A DNA stretch of 62,260 nt from a virus (Duplodnaviria; Caudoviricetes). Where the stretch lies: IMG/VR virus record IMGVR_UViG_3300048801_000006, positions 1 through 62,260 of that record; one strand, 5' to 3'. Within the stretch, counting starts at the first letter, position 1. Each line of letters starts with the position of its first letter. Positions 52,409 to 61,225 of the stretch are shown here, piece by piece. The notes below the pieces were generated by a model. It saw nothing but the letters and a program-made list of their open reading frames with translations. It was not told where the DNA came from and ran no database searches. Position numbers and translations under genes: made by a program.

Positions 52409-52909
52409 ATGACGAAAGTCAGTGACGGAAGCGTAGGAACCAAGATCGAGACCATCGTGATCTTCCCGCCGGCATCGCTGGTGAAGAGTCTCGAAAAAGA
52501 CAAACGTGAGACCAAGCAGCGGACGCAGTCCATGTCCGGCCTGCTGGGTGAGAAGATCGCCAAGGCGGTCGAGGAGAAGCATCTCGACCGCAAGGCGTTC
52601 AGCATGGCCTGCCAGTTGAACGCGCTCGACGATCAGCGGCTCCACATCACCTACATGAACCTGCTCAAGTATTGCGAGGACCTCGGCATCACCAAGCGCG
52701 CCACCGCGCAGGAGGAGCTGTTCGACGCGGAGGAGGCGGAGGAGGAGAAGGAGCCGGTCGGCAAGCTGGCTGACGTCAAGCCTGCCAAGCCCGCGAAGGC
52801 GGCGAAGGCGGCCAAGGAAGCGCCGGCCAAACCGAAGGGACGCGCTCCCCGCGCGGTCGCGGAAGCTGAGGCCGGCAGCAACGTCACCGACTTCAAGCCT
52901 ATGCACTGA
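52409..52909 (+). CDS. GapR/DUF2312-like nucleoid-associated protein with Lys/Ala tail
   Basis: AGGAG RBS; KHLDRKAF...L..LD......L.KY.EDLG resembles the GapR core. Confidence 0.45.
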   Translation: MTKVSDGSVGTKIETIVIFPPASLVKSLEKDKRETKQRTQSMSGLLGEKIAKAVEEKHLDRKAFSMACQLNALDDQRLHITYMNLLKYCEDLGITKRATAQEELFDAEEAEEEKEPVGKLADVKPAKPAKAAKAAKEAPAKPKGRAPRAVAEAEAGSNVTDFKPMH

Positions 52910-52910
52910 C

Positions 52911-53408
52911 ATGAATGAGCAGCCGGTCTTTCCAGCCTTGGAGCGACCGGCGCTCGTCCTCGGCCCGGTCTTCCTCGCGTTCGAGTTGGAGGGGAAGCCG
53001 GGCCACAAGGCGCGGCACCGGTCGCGCATCGTCTTCCCGAAGGTCGGCAAGGCCTTCATCCACAACTACCCGGACCCGGACACCGAGGCCTATGAGGCGG
53101 TGCTGGCCGAGGTCGCCGCGCTCTACATGCGCCGCAGACCGCCGACCGAGAATCCGGTCTCCCTGCTCGTCCATTCCTTTCGAGGCGTTCCCGTGAGCTG
53201 GTCCCGAAAGGATCAGGAGGCCGCGCTCGCCGGAGTGATCCGGCCGACGTCGAAGCCGGATTGGGACAACTACGGCAAGATCACCGACGCGCTGAACAAG
53301 ATCGTCTGGATGGATGACAGCCAAGTCGTCGACGGTCGCGTCATCAAACTCTATTCCGCGGTGCCGGCCCTACGCATAGAGGTCAGGGAGTTTCTACATC
53401 CATCTTGA
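52911..53408 (+). CDS. rusA: RusA family Holliday junction resolvase
   Basis: G.P..K.R.R, PTSKPDWDNYGK..DALN.IVW.DDSQVV....K.Y. Confidence 0.92.
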   Translation: MNEQPVFPALERPALVLGPVFLAFELEGKPGHKARHRSRIVFPKVGKAFIHNYPDPDTEAYEAVLAEVAALYMRRRPPTENPVSLLVHSFRGVPVSWSRKDQEAALAGVIRPTSKPDWDNYGKITDALNKIVWMDDSQVVDGRVIKLYSAVPALRIEVREFLHPS

Positions 53409-53510
53409 AGTTTTAACCGCTATTTTTTGAGCTGGGACATCGTTGTGGAAAGCCGACGGCGTTTCAGCCTAGCGTAACCGGCGACTGATTCGTGGGGGAT
53501 CAAATCCAAA

Positions 53511-54197
53511 ATGGCCAAGGCGCGCGGCGGTGTTTCTCACCGCCTACTTCTTTTGCAAGGCATAGAGCGGAACGCGCGGCAGCAGATCGACGCGGTCGAG
53601 CTGCTCTCCCGGCTGCCTGACCGCGCGGCGGCCATGTTCTTCTTCGATCCTCAGTACCGCGCCGTGCTCGACAAGATGGCCTTCGGCAACGAGGGAGCGC
53701 GGCAGACCGGCCGGGCCGGCCTCAAATCCATGAGCGATGACCGGATCGCCTTCATCATCGAGGAGGCGGACCGCGTCCTCCGGCCGTCCGGCCACCTGAT
53801 GCTCTGGATGGACAAGTTCTCCCTCGCCTCCGGTCACTGCCACCGATGGTTCCGGCGCGTCCCGGACCTCCAGATCGTCGACCTGATCCACTGGAACAAG
53901 ATGCGGCCCGGCATGGGCAGGCGCGCGCGCTGCGTCTCCGAGTACCTGATGGTGCTCCAGAAGACGCCAACTCGAGCGAAGGGTATCTGGAACGATCATG
54001 GCATCCGCGACTCATGGTCAGAGTCCTCTGATCGCCGCATCCACGTTCACGCCAAGCCGCACATCCTGACGGAGCGGCTGATCCGCGCGGCGACCAAGCG
54101 CGGAGACCTCATCATCGACCCTTGCGCCGGCGGCTATGGCGTCCTCGACGCCTGCCTCGCCTCCGGACGCGAGTTCATAGGAGGAGACCTGATCTGA
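53511..54197 (+). CDS. DNA N6-adenine/N4-cytosine methyltransferase (beta class)
   Basis: Motif IV DPQY precedes H.H.KP and motif I IDPCAGG. Confidence 0.85.
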   Translation: MAKARGGVSHRLLLLQGIERNARQQIDAVELLSRLPDRAAAMFFFDPQYRAVLDKMAFGNEGARQTGRAGLKSMSDDRIAFIIEEADRVLRPSGHLMLWMDKFSLASGHCHRWFRRVPDLQIVDLIHWNKMRPGMGRRARCVSEYLMVLQKTPTRAKGIWNDHGIRDSWSESSDRRIHVHAKPHILTERLIRAATKRGDLIIDPCAGGYGVLDACLASGREFIGGDLI

Positions 54198-54403
54198 TGC
54201 CGAGAGACCTCAAAGCCCACGAGCACGGCAAGAGAGCGCGGGCGCGCCGCGAGTTCGCGCTCCAGCGCCGCGACCTCCGGGAGCCGTCCACTCCGCGCGC
54301 GGCTGCTGCTGGCGTGACCTCCCACGCGGTCAAGAAAATCGACACGGACACGCGCGCGGCGATTGACGCCTTCCTGCGAGCGAAGAACGGAGGAGCCCAA
54401 TGA
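54197..54403 (+). CDS. hypothetical protein
   Basis: Coupled overlaps on both sides. Confidence 0.5.
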   Translation: MPRDLKAHEHGKRARARREFALQRRDLREPSTPRAAAAGVTSHAVKKIDTDTRAAIDAFLRAKNGGAQ

Positions 54404-55227
54404 CTAAGGAGAGGTTGCCGTGGTTTCAGTGCTATCCATCGAAACTGCTCGGCGCGCTCGCCGGGATGCCTCCCGACGTTGGCTACACCTACACCGTCGT
54501 CCTCCTTCGGACGTACGAGGTTTGCGGTCCTTGTCCGGACACGGAGGAGGTCCTCGCGCGGAGGACGGGACTGAGCCGCAGGAAGATCAGCACGTCGATT
54601 GAGTGGTTGATAGCTCAAGGCAAACTGACCCGCATCGAGGGAGGATTAGCTAACCCATTCGCATCGGAGGTCTTAGCGGAATCGGCGGCGTTTTATAACG
54701 GCCGGAAAAAAGCTGGAAAGGCTGGCGCTGAAAAGCGTTGGCAAAAACCCAAGGAGAATCAAGGAAAGGAGGATGGCTCAGCCATTGCGGAGCCAATGGC
54801 AAACGATAGCCACTTACACTTACAGAAGAAGAAAGAAAGAACGGAAGCTAACGCTTCCGGCGCTGAAGCGCCGATCTACACCGATTCCCGGCACGAACTT
54901 TGGGGTGAGGGAATCCCCATCCTGATGAGCTTGGGGATGGCGGAGAAGTCGGCGCGCGGCATGGTGGGCCGCTGGCTCAAGCAGGCCGGGGATGATGCGC
55001 AGAAGGTCCTCAGCGTCATCCAGCGAGCGAGGGACCTCCGCGTCATCGACCCGATGCCGTGGATCACGAAGGCAATCACAACAGGAGGAGCGAATGGAAA
55101 AACTACCGATGCCAAGGTTGGGTTCTCAGGGATCGCCGCCCGTCTCAGGCAGCAGGCCCGGGCAGATGATGAGGCCGAACTATTCCGGCCCCGCCCCGAA
55201 GATTTGCAACCAGTTAACCGACGTTGA
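54400..55227 (+). CDS. replication initiator (DUF1376/YdaU-like)
   Basis: LPWF..YP...L, winged-helix N-terminus, AGKAGA.KRW, MANDS. Confidence 0.75.
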   Translation: MTKERLPWFQCYPSKLLGALAGMPPDVGYTYTVVLLRTYEVCGPCPDTEEVLARRTGLSRRKISTSIEWLIAQGKLTRIEGGLANPFASEVLAESAAFYNGRKKAGKAGAEKRWQKPKENQGKEDGSAIAEPMANDSHLHLQKKKERTEANASGAEAPIYTDSRHELWGEGIPILMSLGMAEKSARGMVGRWLKQAGDDAQKVLSVIQRARDLRVIDPMPWITKAITTGGANGKTTDAKVGFSGIAARLRQQARADDEAELFRPRPEDLQPVNRR

Positions 55228-55684
55228 CATCCCGCGCATGGTTTGGAGCACGTGGACGGAGGCTGGCAAGTCACGACAACTGCGTCGTCCGCTTCTGGAC
55301 GCCGAGAGAAACATGCTTGAGGCCCGGAAGGCGGAGCTGGAGCCGTGGGTCGCACCGTTCGACCGCTCCGCAGACACGAAGGTGGCGCTGGCCCTGTCAG
55401 ATATGTTCGGCGGGTTCACGTCCATGCGGCAGAGCGGAGAGGAGGCGGCGGCTCGGTTGGACGCCGCGATGCGCGTCCTGTCTGACTTCCCCGCGTGGGC
55501 CATCGAGAAGGCCTGTCGATCGATTCAGGCCAACGGTGTTTGGCGCGACGGGAAGTTCGAGCGGCAGTGGCCGCCTTCGGACGCGGAGATCATCAAGGAG
55601 GTCCGGGATCAGGTCCGGCTCTACATGGACGTGTACCGCTCGGCGGTGTCTCTCCTGACGGCGGAGGTCGAAGATGAAGCATGA
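55094..55684 (+). CDS. putative helicase loader / replication partner
   Basis: AGGAGG RBS; L.DFPAWAI..AC...WPP...EI pattern; directly after the initiator. Confidence 0.6.
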   Translation: MEKLPMPRLGSQGSPPVSGSRPGQMMRPNYSGPAPKICNQLTDVDIPRMVWSTWTEAGKSRQLRRPLLDAERNMLEARKAELEPWVAPFDRSADTKVALALSDMFGGFTSMRQSGEEAAARLDAAMRVLSDFPAWAIEKACRSIQANGVWRDGKFERQWPPSDAEIIKEVRDQVRLYMDVYRSAVSLLTAEVEDEA

Positions 55685-55967
55685 ACCGTTCGATCCGGAG
55701 GACCCGAAGGACATCGTAGCGGACAACTTCCGCAAGGAGGTGATGCTGGCGTTCCTCAACGCCGGGAAGGTCACGCTGTTCCGAGAGCTTTCTGAGCAGG
55801 ACAAGCTCGAAGCCTTCATGGCCGGCGCTCTGACCGGATGCTTGGTGGTGGCGCTGACACACTTCAAGCCGGAGAACTGGGAGAAGGTTCACGAGGCCGC
55901 CGTCGCGACCATCAAGGAAGCCCGGCATCAGGCAGAGGGAATCGTCCGTCAGGAGTTGAAGTCATGA
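55674..55967 (+). CDS. hypothetical protein
   Basis: GGAGG RBS; coupled. Confidence 0.6.
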   Translation: MKHEPFDPEDPKDIVADNFRKEVMLAFLNAGKVTLFRELSEQDKLEAFMAGALTGCLVVALTHFKPENWEKVHEAAVATIKEARHQAEGIVRQELKS

Positions 55968-56389
55968 AGCGGACCTCCTACGATTCTGAGTACGACAAGG
56001 TTCGCCGCGCCGCCGCTCCTCGGGCCGCGCCGCAGCCGAAGCCGATGGACCGCGTGATGACACCGCGTGAGGCGGACCGCGCGCAGGTTCAGGACATCAT
56101 CGATGAGATGCACGCGCGGGAGCAGGAGCGGGAGGAGGCGGAGCGCGTGGCGCGGCAGGAGCGCAACGTCGAGGACGCCAAGCGGTCTGCGGAGTTCAAC
56201 CGCCGCGCCATCCTTCGGGAGTATTCCGAGCGCGGGCTGGCTCCGCCGTACCCGCTCGTCGCGCTCGAAACGCTGCTGTTCTGCGGATGGAAGATCGTGG
56301 AGGGACGGCTGGAACGCCCACCGCCGCCGCCGACCAAGGAGGAGCGGGAGGCGCGTCGGAAAAGCTACAGCAACGATGGAGGGACGTGA
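55964..56389 (+). CDS. hypothetical protein
   Basis: ATGA overlap; charged helical. Confidence 0.55.
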   Translation: MKRTSYDSEYDKVRRAAAPRAAPQPKPMDRVMTPREADRAQVQDIIDEMHAREQEREEAERVARQERNVEDAKRSAEFNRRAILREYSERGLAPPYPLVALETLLFCGWKIVEGRLERPPPPPTKEEREARRKSYSNDGGT

Positions 56390-56583
56390 TGGTCAAGCGC
56401 ATATGCATAATCTACCCGGACGCCTCCTTGGCCGTGATGAGCGGTCAGGAGGGTCCGGTCGTGGCGGTCAACACCGCGCGCAAGCTGTGCCGCGGTTACA
56501 ACAGGCAGGCTCCGGACAAGAAGGACCACGCGCAGTTCGGCGAGATCGAGGTTGACCTGATGAGCTTCAAGGAGCTTCTATAG
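56389..56583 (+). CDS. hypothetical protein
   Basis: TGATG overlap. Confidence 0.5.
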   Translation: MVKRICIIYPDASLAVMSGQEGPVVAVNTARKLCRGYNRQAPDKKDHAQFGEIEVDLMSFKELL

Positions 56584-56615
56584 CCGTCGATTCTAATCGA
56601 CTGCACAGGGAGCCC

Positions 56616-57185
56616 ATGATGGCGAAGAACGCTACCGCCGCGAAGATCAACCCGTCGAAGCTCTGGCCGCTCGACAAGATCAAGGACTACCCGCACAACC
56701 CCCGGACTCATCCACCCGCGCAGATCAAGCTGCTGGCGGAGCTGATGCGCAAGTTCGGACCGGATCAGGACATCGTGGTCGATGAGATGGGCGTAATCCT
56801 CAAGGGTCACGGGCGCAAGATGGCGGCCACTGAGGCCGGCCTCGCGAAGTATCCGGTGACGCAGCGGATCGGTCTCTCGGAGAACGACAAGGCCGCGCTG
56901 CGGATCAGCGACAATCAGGTGGCGCTGCTGTCCGGCTGGGACTCGGAGCTGATCCGGTTCGAGATCGAGAAGCTCAAACGCGATGACTACCCCATCGAGC
57001 TGCTCGGCTTCGGTGAGGCGCAGCTGGTCTCCTTCACCACGCAGCCATCAGCACCGGACGAGTTCGCGGCGTTCGGTGAGGACATCGCCACGGAGCACGA
57101 GTGCCCGAAGTGCCACTACCGCTGGTCCGGCAAGACCGGCGCGGAGCCGCCTCCGGAGGAGAAGCCGAGGGCGAAGAAGAAGTGA
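56616..57185 (+). CDS. ParB/Srx N-terminal domain protein with zinc ribbon
   Basis: YP.NPRTH...QI..L......FG....IVVD....IL.GHGR..AA, I.DN......WD, CPKC.Y.W. Confidence 0.88.
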   Translation: MMAKNATAAKINPSKLWPLDKIKDYPHNPRTHPPAQIKLLAELMRKFGPDQDIVVDEMGVILKGHGRKMAATEAGLAKYPVTQRIGLSENDKAALRISDNQVALLSGWDSELIRFEIEKLKRDDYPIELLGFGEAQLVSFTTQPSAPDEFAAFGEDIATEHECPKCHYRWSGKTGAEPPPEEKPRAKKK

Positions 57186-57324
57186 AGTGCCGCTCCTGAT
57201 GCACTACCGGTCGGATGACGACAGGCACTGGAAGACGCGCAACCTCGACCTCGAACCGAGCCTGACCGTCACCGTAGTCGGGATCGGCGGAGGCGACTTC
57301 ATCTTGGAAGAAACGGGACAGCCC

Positions 57325-58713
57325 ATGAGCAGCAAGATCATCAAGCCGCCGTACCGCGTCCCGCTGATGCGCGAGATCAACGCGCTGGAGCCGAACGGCT
57401 TCAAGGTGATCTCGACGTTCGCCGGCTGCGGTGGCTCCTCGCTCGGCTACCGGATGGCGGGCTTCAAGGTCCTGTGGGCTTCCGAGTTCATCGACGCGGC
57501 GCGCAAGGTCTACGAGGAGAACGCCACGAAGGGAACGCTGGTGGACGGTCGGGACATCCGGCTCGTCGATCCGCTGGAGGTCCTCAAGGCGCTCAAGCTC
57601 AAGCCGGGAGAGCTGGACGTGCTGGACGGCTCGCCGCCGTGCGCCTCATTCTCTACCGCCGGCAAGCGGGAGAAGCATTGGGGCGAGGAGAAAAAATACA
57701 GCGACAAGGTTCAGCGCACCGACGACCTGTTCTTCGAGTACGTGCGATTCCTCAAGGCCATCAAGCCGAAGGTGTTCGTCGCGGAGAACGTCTCCGGTCT
57801 CGTGAAGGGGACGGCCAAGGGTTATTTTCTCGAGATTTTGCGCGAGATGAAGGCCTGCGGCTACCGCGTGGAGGCGCGGCTGCTGGACGCGCAATGGCTC
57901 GGCGTCCCGCAGGCGCGGCAGAGGATCATATTTCAAGGCGTGCGCGAGGACCTCGACCTGCCGCCTGCGTACCCGACGCCGCAGCCGCACCGCTACAGCG
58001 TCCGTGACGCGCTGCCGAACCTGACGCGCGTGATCCATGATACGGGCGGAGAGTGGTCCACCGGAGATGTGACGAACCGGCCGAGCCCGACGATCACGGT
58101 CGGCGTCAACTCATTCAACTCAAGCCACTTCAAGGTCGAGGGCGCGACCGGCTTCGACCGGCACGCTGGGCAATCGATCGACAAGCCTATGCCGTCCGTG
58201 ATGGCGAAGCGCGCGGTCGGCCTGATCGGAAAGGTCGAGGTCGAGACGGACATCTCCGGTCAGGCCATCGGCCGCGAGTATGACAAGCTGAACCCCGGTG
58301 AGGCCTCCGAGAAGTATTTCAGCTTGGTTCGCGCGGATGCGAACGAGCCCAGCCCGACCGTCACCGCGGCGGGCGGCCAGAACTCCGGCATCGCCTGCGT
58401 GGTCCACCCGACGGAGAAACGGAAGTTCAGCATCGCGGAGCTCAAGCGCATCTGCGCCTTCCCGGATGACTTCGCGCTTTCCGGTTCCTACGCGCAGCAG
58501 TGGGAGCGGCTCGGTCGAGCCGTCCCACCGTTGATGATGAAGGCGATAGCGGAGGCGGTCAGGGACGGTGTCCTGCGGCCAGCGCAGTCCAGAACGTCCG
58601 CGCGCGCTCCTCGTTCGACGGATCGTTCCACCAGCGGTTCACCCCGGAAGGGTGCGGGGCCCAAGCGAAGCTCGCCTCCCAATGCGGCTCGAAGGCCAGC
58701 GCCGGCATCGTGA
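57325..58713 (+). CDS. DNA cytosine-5 methyltransferase
   Basis: FAGCGG (I), GSPPC (IV), ENV (VI), Q.RQR (VIII), R...FPDDF (IX), G.AVPP (X); start could extend to 57187. Confidence 0.95.
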   Translation: MSSKIIKPPYRVPLMREINALEPNGFKVISTFAGCGGSSLGYRMAGFKVLWASEFIDAARKVYEENATKGTLVDGRDIRLVDPLEVLKALKLKPGELDVLDGSPPCASFSTAGKREKHWGEEKKYSDKVQRTDDLFFEYVRFLKAIKPKVFVAENVSGLVKGTAKGYFLEILREMKACGYRVEARLLDAQWLGVPQARQRIIFQGVREDLDLPPAYPTPQPHRYSVRDALPNLTRVIHDTGGEWSTGDVTNRPSPTITVGVNSFNSSHFKVEGATGFDRHAGQSIDKPMPSVMAKRAVGLIGKVEVETDISGQAIGREYDKLNPGEASEKYFSLVRADANEPSPTVTAAGGQNSGIACVVHPTEKRKFSIAELKRICAFPDDFALSGSYAQQWERLGRAVPPLMMKAIAEAVRDGVLRPAQSRTSARAPRSTDRSTSGSPRKGAGPKRSSPPNAARRPAPAS

Positions 58714-59002
58714 GCCGGAAAGCGGCCGCGTTGACCGCGCCTAAGACGACCACGGAGCGGTGGCGGAGCCCCGCTCGCAGGTTTTCCGCGAGCCCCCGTG
58801 CTTCCCCCCTCCCGAGGTACAGATCACCTCTCTCCGCCTTCCCCGGCCACGCGTCGAGCAGGTTCCGGCGCTCGAACCGGTCGAGGAAGTCCGGATGGCT
58901 CAGGCCGCACAAAGCGGCGAGCCGCCGCCCGGATTTACCGGACAGCGGCTCAGCGGGATCGGACAGGCGTGACGGTGCCTGCCCGATGATGATGATCTTC
59001 AA
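58559..59002 (-). CDS. uracil-DNA glycosylase-like protein
   Basis: IIIGQAP, G.SG.RL, NL...P, LG, PHPSG.NRWWN; TTG start overlapping the upstream stop. Confidence 0.78.
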   Translation of the reverse strand: MKIIIIGQAPSRLSDPAEPLSGKSGRRLAALCGLSHPDFLDRFERRNLLDAWPGKAERGDLYLGRGEARGLAENLRAGLRHRSVVVLGAVNAAAFRLTMPALAFEPHWEASFAWAPHPSGVNRWWNDPSNEERARTFWTALAAGHRP

Positions 59003-59289
59003 GAGGACGCCCACCCGAAGAACAGCCACTCTCCGTCGCGGAGCTTGACGCATCCTGCCGCTCCCCACTTGTCGGCGATCCGCGAGTCGTCCTGCTCCAT
59101 CAGCTCCGTCGCGTACCGTGCTGGGTCATGCCCGTCCGGGACCTCGATCTCGGTGAAGTCGTGCTTCTCCGCTAGGGTCCCGGAATAACCGGCGTGACCG
59201 TGATCGTAGAGTGCTTGATCACGAGCCTGCTTGAAGGCGGCGGCGGCGGTCTTGCCGCGACCGACGTCCATGAACTCCTGCGCGCCCAT
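58999..59289 (-). CDS. conserved phage hypothetical protein
   Basis: MGA..F...AF..A...A.Y.HGH.GYSGT.AEK...DKWG.A.C...WLFFGWAS. Confidence 0.75.
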   Translation of the reverse strand: MGAQEFMDVGRGKTAAAAFKQARDQALYDHGHAGYSGTLAEKHDFTEIEVPDGHDPARYATELMEQDDSRIADKWGAAGCVKLRDGEWLFFGWASS

Positions 59290-60047
59290 CAGGCCTTCCC
59301 TCCCTTCATCGTCGCGAAGAACACGGTCTCCTCCGCGACGTTCTTCTTCAGCTCCAGCTTCGCGCCGACCTTGTCGCAGACGCGGCGGAGCGTGACCCGG
59401 CACTTCTTCCAGCCGAGATTCTTGCACATCTCCGCCTCGGTGGCTCCCTGCTCCCGGAGGACCATGTCGAGCATGATGGCCTGCTTGGAGCCGGTCCGGA
59501 GCCCGTCCGGACGGTCAGAGGCTGCCTTCGGCGCGGTCGCCGGCTTGGCAGGTGCCTTCACCGCCTTCGCCGGAGCGGGCTTCTCGGCGGGCTTCGCTAC
59601 CGCCTTGGCGGGTGCCTTCGCCGGAGCCGGAGCCTTGGCAGGAGCCGGAGCCTTGGCAGGAGCCGGAGCCTTGGCTTTGGCGGGTGCCTTGGCCTTGACC
59701 GGAGCCTTGGCGGCTGCGGGCTTCTTGGCGGGGGCGGTCTTGGTCTCGGTGCTCGTAGTCGTCATGGTGGTCTCCTTGGCGGACTTCGCCGCCGGTTTGG
59801 GGTGGGTGTTCTTCAACTCCTTGAGCCGGGCGAACCGCTCGGCCTTCTTCTTCGCGTCCGCCGCCTCGATCTCCTTGCGGAGCTTCTTGGTGGCGGGGTC
59901 TTCGTCCTTGACGGGAGCCTTGAGGTCCTTCGGCGTGGTGAGCTTGCGGCCCTTCCACACCGCCTTGCGCTCCTCCGGAGAGATGATGAGGGCCTCCGGC
60001 AAGCCGTCCGCCACCATCATCTCCTGCTGCTTAGTCAGATCGATCAT
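59289..60047 (-). CDS. DUF3489-like HTH protein with histone H1-like PAKA repeats
   Basis: R.GSKQA....M..R..GAT..E....GW C-terminus; Lys/Ala/Pro-rich linker. Confidence 0.75.
   Translation of the reverse strand: MIDLTKQQEMMVADGLPEALIISPEERKAVWKGRKLTTPKDLKAPVKDEDPATKKLRKEIEAADAKKKAERFARLKELKNTHPKPAAKSAKETTMTTTSTETKTAPAKKPAAAKAPVKAKAPAKAKAPAPAKAPAPAKAPAPAKAPAKAVAKPAEKPAPAKAVKAPAKPATAPKAASDRPDGLRTGSKQAIMLDMVLREQGATEAEMCKNLGWKKCRVTLRRVCDKVGAKLELKKNVAEETVFFATMKGGKA
59623..59675. repeat. 18-bp tandem repeat, about 3 copies (encodes AKAPAP)
   Basis: ggagccggagccttggca at 59623, 59641 and 59659 (last copy 17/18). Confidence 0.9.
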
Positions 60048-60056
60048 GCTGTCTCC

Positions 60057-60401
60057 TCAGCCCTTGTGGTCGTGCCATGAATGGCCGCCGTCGTGAGAGT
60101 GGACGCCGGCCGCTAAAGCCGCGCGGTCAACTGACCGTCCGGCGATCTGTTCCGCCCTCGCTATGGCGGCCTTGGTCAGGGAGGACCCCGTGACCATGAG
60201 GCGGCGGTACGCGCAGGCGTCCGTCACCCCGTCCTTCTCGGAGTCCGTCATGCCGATGAAGGTGATCCCGCCCTTGGGACCGACCTTGACCTGCACCCGG
60301 TTCTTCCGGATCAGCTCATCGAGGAAGGAGACCACCTCGCGGACCTCCTTCGCTCGCTGCTGGATCGTCTGACCCCTCTTGAGACGCGTGTCGCAGGGCA
60401 T
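60057..60401 (-). CDS. conserved hypothetical protein in the AAA-ATPase cluster
   Basis: MPCD...GV.DACAYR...G.HSHDGG..W. Confidence 0.7.
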   Translation of the reverse strand: MPCDTRLKRGQTIQQRAKEVREVVSFLDELIRKNRVQVKVGPKGGITFIGMTDSEKDGVTDACAYRRLMVTGSSLTKAAIARAEQIAGRSVDRAALAAGVHSHDGGHSWHDHKG

Positions 60402-60402
60402 C

Positions 60403-61185
60403 TCAAATCTCCACGTTGAGCGGCTTGACCTTCGGAGCCTTCGCGGAGGCTACCGGCTGGAGATCGAGCGCGGCGGCTACGGCGACCGGGGCGGAGACCG
60501 CCTTGGCCTCGTCGAGGTCGAGGAAGGCGGTACGCGCCTCCATGACCTTCTTGATCGCCAGCGTGTCGATCTCCTTGGCGGCTTGGTCTCCGGCGGCCAC
60601 CAGCTTCTTCGCGGCGTTGCGCGCGGCCTCGACCGCGATCTGGACGCGGGCCTGAGCCTCCGGGGAGAGCATATTGCCGATCTCCTTGGCCTTGGCGGCG
60701 GCCTCGCGGATCGCCTTCACGTCTACGTTCTTGATGCCGAGTTGCATGTCCTCCAAGAGGTCGCGGACCTCGGAGTTGATCGCCTTGACCGCCTCGACGT
60801 CGTCGGAGGCGACCTTGCCGGAGATCACGTAGACGGAGATGCGCGTCAGCTCCGCCGTCTCATTGAACTCCGTGGCGAGGTCCTGCGCGGCCTTGATCGC
60901 CACCGCCAGCTCCTCCGCCGCGGATTCCGGGCAGAGGAGACCGAACGCGGAGTGGGTGCAGCGGGAGAGGATCAGGGACCGCGCCTTGGAGCGGACCTTG
61001 CGCGCGCGCTCGAACTCCTCCGGGAGCGTAATGACGCGGGAGGTCTCCCAGCGGGCGAGGGCCTTGCCCTCCTCCGTCAGGTGATCCGCCTCGATCTCGA
61101 TCTTCTGGTAGTTGATGCCGCCCCTGACGGAGGTCTTGAGCGAGACGAGGAGGCCGGGGCGGAGAGTGGAGGTGTTGAGGGTCAT
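60403..61185 (-). CDS. helical protein (DUF3150-like) in the AAA-ATPase cluster
   Basis: AAGGA RBS; LRPG.LVSL.T...G...FGLLCP; strong codon bias. Confidence 0.6.
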   Translation of the reverse strand: MTLNTSTLRPGLLVSLKTSVRGGINYQKIEIEADHLTEEGKALARWETSRVITLPEEFERARKVRSKARSLILSRCTHSAFGLLCPESAAEELAVAIKAAQDLATEFNETAELTRISVYVISGKVASDDVEAVKAINSEVRDLLEDMQLGIKNVDVKAIREAAAKAKEIGNMLSPEAQARVQIAVEAARNAAKKLVAAGDQAAKEIDTLAIKKVMEARTAFLDLDEAKAVSAPVAVAAALDLQPVASAKAPKVKPLNVEI

Positions 61186-61225
61186 GTGATGTTCCTTGTT
61201 GAGGTTCGGGGTTGATGGTCGGTGG

